Shown here: in pieces, positions 59,326 through 64,000 of the stretch
Numbering within the stretch: the stretch's first letter is position 1
Layout: each line of letters opens with the position of its first letter
DNA from: an archaeon HR01
Lineage (GTDB): Archaea > Thermoproteota > Nitrososphaeria_A > Caldarchaeales > Caldarchaeaceae
Reading direction: 5' to 3'
DNA length: 64,000 nucleotides
Assembly: GCA_002898355.1 (NCBI GenBank)
Contig: BEHD01000007.1
Location: 8,793 to 72,792 of the forward strand
Notes under the pieces: model-generated
The model's database searches: none
What the model saw: only the letters and a program-made list of their open reading frames with translations
What the model was told of the DNA's origin: nothing
Made by a program: the position numbers and the translations under genes

Positions 59326-61706
59326 TTATCCACCAGCCTATGCATAGCCTTAAGATCCTTCTCAAATGGTTTCAAGCTGGGAGGTATGGCAGCACTAATT
59401 TCATCCCTGAGGGAGAGACCGCTACTCTTCTTCATATTCCATATCTTGGAGTTAAAATCGGTTATGTCCTTGGTGTATCTTGCATATCTTCTACTCCAGA
59501 CCGGCTTCGGAAAATGTGAGAGGTGGATACTTTTACGGCCATACAGCTGCAGCCATATTCTATCAGTGATGAAGGGCGTGATAGGTGCTAAGAGTAGAAG
59601 CACCGTTTTAAGTACTGTGTGAAGGGTGTACCATGCAGCCCTCTGCTCCGAGGCGGAAAACCCTTCAGCGTATGCTCGGGGTTTGGACATCTCCAGATAA
59701 TGAGATGCGAAAATATTCCATACAAAGTCTCTAACGGTGGTTGAAGGTATGAAGAAGTTCAGTTCGTCAAAACCCTGGATACATTTCTCCACGGTAATGG
59801 ATAGTTCTGAGAGAATCCATTTGTCCGTGGGCGTCAGTGTAGCTCTGCGTGGATATGGAAATGCCGATATATATCTTGCAATATTCCAGAGCTTTGTGAG
59901 GAATTTCCCGGACCCGGCTATCCTAGACTCGGAGATTCTGAAATCCTCTCCGAGGTTTGATTCCTGGGTTGTCCAGAAGCGGAAACAGTCAGCACCGTAT
60001 TTTTCCAGTATCGGCAATGGGTCTATGACGTTTCCTTTACTTTTACTCATCTTCTCCCCATGCTCATCTAGCCCAAGTCCTCCTATCCACACAGACCTGA
60101 AAGGCATTTTACCAGTTAGCTGGTAGCAGCGTAGAAGACTATAATACAGCCACGTTCTTACAATGTCCTTGCCCTGCGGTCTTATGGATATCGGGTAGAG
60201 ACTCCAGTCTATCCTTCCATCCACTCTATTTGATATGATGTAGAGCGCTGAGATTGATGAGTCCATCCAAGTGTCAAATGTTCGCTCGTCACCTATGAAA
60301 TCTTCCCCACCGCATCCGCTACATTTTTTTATGGGTGGGGGCTCTCTCCAAGGCCTGTAGTATTTACCTGGGTTAGGGATATATGGTTGACCACACCTCC
60401 TGCAATACCAGACAGGAATTTCCGTCGCGTAATATCTCCGTCTAGATAGCGGCCAGTCTATCGTGATAGATGATATCCAGTCTAGGAGGAGCTGGCGCAT
60501 ATGTTTTGGATGAAATCTGATCTTACTCGAGAGCTTGGAAAGAACAGGGGCGAATTCCAGCTGTTTGAGGTAGTATTCAGGCATGGATAATATTTCTATC
60601 GGTGTCTTGCTTCTCTCACAGATAGGCGTGTTGTGCATTATCTCATCAACTTTGACGATTAGTCCAGCGTTCTCCAGTATTTTCTTTATCTCCCGTCTTG
60701 CCTCATGTATTGTAAGACCTTTCAAGGCACCGGCTTTCTCGTTCATTCTTCCATCCTCTCCGATTAGAATGGATTCCTCCAAACCCAGCTCCCTGAATAG
60801 TCTTACATCGTTATAGTCGCCGTAGCTACACACCATAACCGCACCGGTTCCGAAATCCGGCCTGGCGGACGGGTGAGGGATTATAGGTACTCTAGTGTTG
60901 TAGATAGGTACTATTGCTCTTCTGCCATGCAGTGCGGTGTATCTCTCGTCTGAAGGGTTTACGATGACTGCCCTACACGCCCCCAAAAGCTCCGGCCTAG
61001 TCGTGGCTATAACTATGCCGCCACCATCCTCAAGACCGAACCTTATGTATACAAGTTCTGAAGGCCTCAACTCATATTCCACCTCAGCATCGGCTAGGGT
61101 GGTGCCGCATATGTAGCAGTAGTTGTTGGGTCTTGAGGCCTGATAGACCAGGCCTTTCTTCCACAGCTTTATGAAGGTGGACTGTGTCATAGCTCTGTAA
61201 TCTGGGGAGTCTGTACGATACTTGTTTTTGAAATCGCAGCTCAGCCCTAAACGCTTCATTATTGCGATCATCTCAGTTTCAAGCTCGTCAAGAGATGTGG
61301 AGCAAAGCTCTAAGAACTTCTCTCTAGAAACATCCTTTATCGAGACACCATACCTTTTCTCGGTAAATATCTCGACTGGCAATCCGTTCCTGTCGATACC
61401 TATGGGAAATAGCGTGCTATACCCTTTCATCCTAGCGGTTCTGGCAATCATATCTATCTGACTATACTGGGCAGCAGCTCCTATATGCCACGGCCTACCT
61501 GATGGATATGGAGGAGGTGTGTCTATGCTGAATCTTTTCCTAGCTCTCCTATTGAACCTGTAGATTTCCTCCTTCTCCCACTTCTCGAGAATTTCCAGCT
61601 CTATATTCGGGTTCCAGGTCTTCTCAGATATCTTGGGGGTGAAGGCCATAACTCCATACTGAATGTTAAATTCATGCGAAGCCAAGCATTGCTTTAGCCT
61701 CTTCAC
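59322..61706 (-). CDS. Class I aminoacyl-tRNA synthetase, most likely valyl-tRNA synthetase
   Basis: KMSKSKGN motif, editing-domain segment TTRPELLGACRAVIVNPSDERY, DTWMDSS motif; 794 aa (too short for IleRS/LeuRS). Confidence 0.55.
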   Translation of the reverse strand: MKRLKQCLASHEFNIQYGVMAFTPKISEKTWNPNIELEILEKWEKEEIYRFNRRARKRFSIDTPPPYPSGRPWHIGAAAQYSQIDMIARTARMKGYSTLFPIGIDRNGLPVEIFTEKRYGVSIKDVSREKFLELCSTSLDELETEMIAIMKRLGLSCDFKNKYRTDSPDYRAMTQSTFIKLWKKGLVYQASRPNNYCYICGTTLADAEVEYELRPSELVYIRFGLEDGGGIVIATTRPELLGACRAVIVNPSDERYTALHGRRAIVPIYNTRVPIIPHPSARPDFGTGAVMVCSYGDYNDVRLFRELGLEESILIGEDGRMNEKAGALKGLTIHEARREIKKILENAGLIVKVDEIMHNTPICERSKTPIEILSMPEYYLKQLEFAPVLSKLSSKIRFHPKHMRQLLLDWISSITIDWPLSRRRYYATEIPVWYCRRCGQPYIPNPGKYYRPWREPPPIKKCSGCGGEDFIGDERTFDTWMDSSISALYIISNRVDGRIDWSLYPISIRPQGKDIVRTWLYYSLLRCYQLTGKMPFRSVWIGGLGLDEHGEKMSKSKGNVIDPLPILEKYGADCFRFWTTQESNLGEDFRISESRIAGSGKFLTKLWNIARYISAFPYPRRATLTPTDKWILSELSITVEKCIQGFDELNFFIPSTTVRDFVWNIFASHYLEMSKPRAYAEGFSASEQRAAWYTLHTVLKTVLLLLAPITPFITDRIWLQLYGRKSIHLSHFPKPVWSRRYARYTKDITDFNSKIWNMKKSSGLSLRDEISAAIPPSLKPFEKDLKAMHRLVDK

Positions 61707-61986
61707 TCATCCTCTCAGGCGTCCACGGCGGGTCGAAAACCAAATCCACATCCACATCCTTAACGCCTTCAACTAGCGTCATAATGGCCTCCCGCACCTG
61801 CTCCATAACAAACGCCCCAACAGGGCATCCTGGAGCCGTGAGGGTCATCTTCACATACACAGAGTTATCATCCCTGACCTTCACATCGTATACCAGCCCA
61901 AGGTCCACTATGTTTACTGGGATTTCGGGGTCGTAACAGTTCTTCAAAGCCTCGTAGATCTCCTCCAGAGTAGGCTTCTTTTCCAA
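61672..61986 (-). CDS. MIP18/DUF59-family Fe-S assembly protein
   Basis: LKNCYDPEIPVNIVDLGLVYDV...TLTAPGCP matches the DUF59 core; overlaps the aaRS start by 35 nt. Confidence 0.8.
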   Translation of the reverse strand: MEKKPTLEEIYEALKNCYDPEIPVNIVDLGLVYDVKVRDDNSVYVKMTLTAPGCPVGAFVMEQVREAIMTLVEGVKDVDVDLVFDPPWTPERMSEEAKAMLGFA

Positions 61987-62043
61987 GTTCTCTCGACATA
62001 GAAACTAGGTAGATATATTTAAAGGTGATAGAATCCAACAGAT

Positions 62044-62630
62044 ACTGTCCGGATAAGCGTCTCTACCCATCTCCGCTCCTCATAGCATAATATTATATTG
62101 TGAATAGGTTTAGGTTCTTTATTCCTTGCGCTTAATTTGTTGTGGGATACCATGGTTCTCTCCTTCAGATACCTGAAGAACCTCTCGACTCATCCCGAAC
62201 CTCTGGTGCTCGTATTCTAGCCCTAGCCTCTCTAATGCCCACCTATACCAAGGCCCTCTATCTACTATTACCTTTGGCTTGTTCAAACACTTCTTGAGGG
62301 AGATTAAGGCGTTTAGGCAGCTTCCCGGAATCGACGTCTACTGCAGACCATACGTAGACCACTAAACCTTGAGCTTAGTCTCGTCAACAGCTATACCTAG
62401 GCTCAGCAGCTATAGCTACAATAGATGACACCTTCCTAGATAGCTCGTGTACAGTTGCTTATCGGCTCAACAGCCATACTAAGAACCTTTGAAACCCTCC
62501 TACAGCTTCCATGAAACATATACTCGAGAACAGCAAGCACCAACCTCACGGCTTTTCTATTACGCCTAAAACAGCCAAGGACCAATAGCCACTACATCCC
62601 GGCCTTTTAATAGACCCTTATCCGGACACT
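62044..62630 (-). mobile_element. Degraded IS6-family insertion sequence (frameshifted transposase pseudogene with imperfect terminal inverted repeats)
   Basis: Minus-strand frames give transposase fragments LAVLEYMFHGSCRRVSKVLSM; IAVDETKLKV / [32 protein letters not shown] / [29 protein letters not shown] / [12 protein letters not shown]. These are separated by frameshifts or stops, and no ORF of 60 aa or more lies in 61987-62664. Ends ACTGTCCGGATAAGCGTCT (62044-62062) and its near reverse complement AGACCCTTATCCGGACACT (62612-62630) match at 17/19 positions. Confidence 0.5.
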
Positions 62631-62664
62631 ACCTCCAAATAAGAGCGAAAGGATATATATCATT

Positions 62665-62967
62665 ATGGCTTTTTGTCTATGTGAGAATTTGTCAATAAGA
62701 ATAATTCTTGGTAAGGAATTAGAGAAGCGATTTAGAGAGTTGGCGATGAGAAAGTTCGGCTATAGCAAAGGTGCTATCAGTAGGGCTGCTCAGGAGGCTA
62801 TAGCTACGTGGGTATCGCGGGCTGAGTCAGAGGTTTTTCAATTTGAAGAAGACCCTATAGAGGCTATAGACGGGCTCTTATCTGACGTTGGGCTAGATTC
62901 TGTGGAATTGCAACATAAAGCGACCGAGTTTTGGAGAACTAAAGTAGCCAGCCATGTATCTGATTGA
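62665..62967 (+). CDS. Putative antitoxin (VapB-like) of a type II TA pair
   Basis: 100-aa ORF overlapping the downstream PIN-domain gene by 14 nt; no strong motif of its own. Confidence 0.45.
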   Translation: MAFCLCENLSIRIILGKELEKRFRELAMRKFGYSKGAISRAAQEAIATWVSRAESEVFQFEEDPIEAIDGLLSDVGLDSVELQHKATEFWRTKVASHVSD

Positions 62968-63364
62968 TACTAATATATTTCTCGAAGTTCTGCTAGGAAG
63001 AAATAGGAAGGACGATTGCAAGAAACTACTTAGAAACGTCCAAGAAGGAAAGAGTAAAGGAATAATAACTGACTTCACAATACACTCGATAATCGTAATA
63101 ATGGATGGGTTTAGGAAGCTAAGTGAGTTAAGAACCTTCTTAACTAGCCTAACGGCCTATAAAGGGCTTCAAATACACATAACCACGCTATCCGATGAGG
63201 TTAGGGCAGTAGAGCTAGCTACTAAGCATGGCTTAGACATGGACGATGCGGTGCAATACTCTACAGCACTTAGCTCCGGCGTAGACGCTATAATCTCCTT
63301 CGACAAGCATTTTGACAACCTTGAAATACCAAGAAAAGAACCTGCGGACCTGCTAGGTAAATAA
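62954..63364 (+). CDS. vapC: PIN-domain toxin VapC
   Basis: MYLIDTNIFLE N-terminus and distal DA..Y/SFDKHF acidic residues typical of VapC PIN nucleases; 136 aa. Confidence 0.75.
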   Translation: MYLIDTNIFLEVLLGRNRKDDCKKLLRNVQEGKSKGIITDFTIHSIIVIMDGFRKLSELRTFLTSLTAYKGLQIHITTLSDEVRAVELATKHGLDMDDAVQYSTALSSGVDAIISFDKHFDNLEIPRKEPADLLGK

Positions 63365-63730
63365 CCTGCGGGCTCTCCCTATTTCATGCTATAGTTGCAG
63401 AATCCTCAATAGCAGACGACCCTGTTTTATTAGTTAGAGCGCAAGCGGGCTTTCCAGCTGTCGGAGCTGTATTAAGCGCTTTTGCCTCTATCCACCACTC
63501 GTGGGAGGATGTATACGCGTTGGTCGTGTGGGCATTGATTTTATAAAAGCTGAAGCCTAGGCTCAAGCAGTTGGATAGGGATTCTCCTTAACTGAGGATA
63601 ACCCCTCGTTATTTCTATGCTGAGAATTTACGTGCTTAAAAGGAGGATAATGTCCGGGTAAGGATGGTATTTAAAGGCTTGACGACCTTTTCCTTCACTG
63701 TGATGCCTTACACCCTAAGTTTAGATATTT

Positions 63731-63757
63731 TTAAGGCGTTATTCGGACACTACCAAT
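63731..63757. repeat. Second IS-end-like sequence (solo inverted-repeat remnant)
   Basis: TTTTTAAGGCGTTATTCGGACACTACC resembles the IS right end GGCCTTTTAATAGACCCTTATCCGGACACTACC. TTTTAA, TTAT and CGGACACTACC are shared, about 22 of 30 aligned positions. Confidence 0.3.
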
Positions 63758-63780
63758 CCAACAAATGGCGAGGCTTAAAT

Positions 63781-64000
63781 CATGCCCTTCTATATTCGGA
63801 ATGGAATGAGGCTGTCGGGTATTAGGGTCTGCGTACTTGCGGGGCCTGACTATGAGGACTTGGAACTTCATTACCCGATGATTAGGCTGGCGGAGGAGGG
63901 GGCTTCGGTGCGTGTGGCCGGTCCGTCCAAGGGGGTCTATAGAGGTAAGCATGGTTTGACGGTGGAGGCCGACCTATCCATCGGTGAGTGTAGGGTTGGA
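63781..64000 (+). CDS. DJ-1/PfpI-family intracellular protease/glyoxalase, 3'-partial in window
   Basis: Hand translation: MPFYIRNGMRLSGIRVCVLAGPDYEDLELHYPMIRLAEEGASVRVAGPSKGVYRGKHGLTVEADLS, matching the PfpI N-terminus. Not in the ORF track (no stop in window). Confidence 0.65.

Noticed and set aside
63384-63566. 60-aa minus-strand ORF after vapC
   Set aside because: No motif, lies in the AT-rich intergenic region between vapC and the PfpI-like gene; likely non-coding.
1-64000. CRISPR arrays or long tandem repeats
   Set aside because: I found no regularly spaced direct repeats on visual scanning of intergenic regions; all intergenic gaps are short except the IS remnant region.

Overview
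This window is an archaeal chromosomal segment made up mostly of core housekeeping genes. It is gene-dense on both strands, with frequent 1-20 nt overlaps between genes.

The gene content points to a PolD-bearing, F420-using archaeon (Thaumarchaeota, Aigarchaeota, Bathyarchaeota or Korarchaeota type) rather than a classical crenarchaeon. The evidence is GatD/GatE, primase PriS with a GINS-like neighbour, the PolD DP2 large subunit, RadA, Alba, Elf1, aIF2-alpha and S27e/L44e/S25e. Lipid-biosynthesis genes (GGGP synthase, GGPP synthase) and an LLM/F420-type oxidoreductase fit the same picture.

Two tRNAs were found by hand-folding: an initiator tRNA-Met at 20129-20205 and a tRNA-Arg(CCG) at 32503-32577. 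I found no CRISPR array and no intact mobile element.

The window's only recognisably accessory region is at the 3' end. It holds a degraded IS6-family insertion sequence at 62044-62630 (minus strand), with a frameshifted transposase and imperfect terminal inverted repeats. Next to it is a VapB/VapC(PIN) toxin-antitoxin pair and, about 400 bp further on, a second IS-end-like sequence.

Other points worth a second look:
- A Clp1-family polynucleotide kinase co-transcribed with an uncharacterised protein that has an RNase H-like signature.
- A short beta-CASP/MBL nuclease with no ligase partner.
- A sugar-acid-type catabolic cluster (PfkB kinase, DapA-type and HpcH-type aldolases, DSD1-like PLP enzyme).
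- A lower-GC block (51.3-55.7 kb) containing an orphan protein overlapping an SfsA nuclease gene.
- A wHTH-membrane protein overlapping heme O synthase.

I did not see a clear-cut novel multi-gene defence system.
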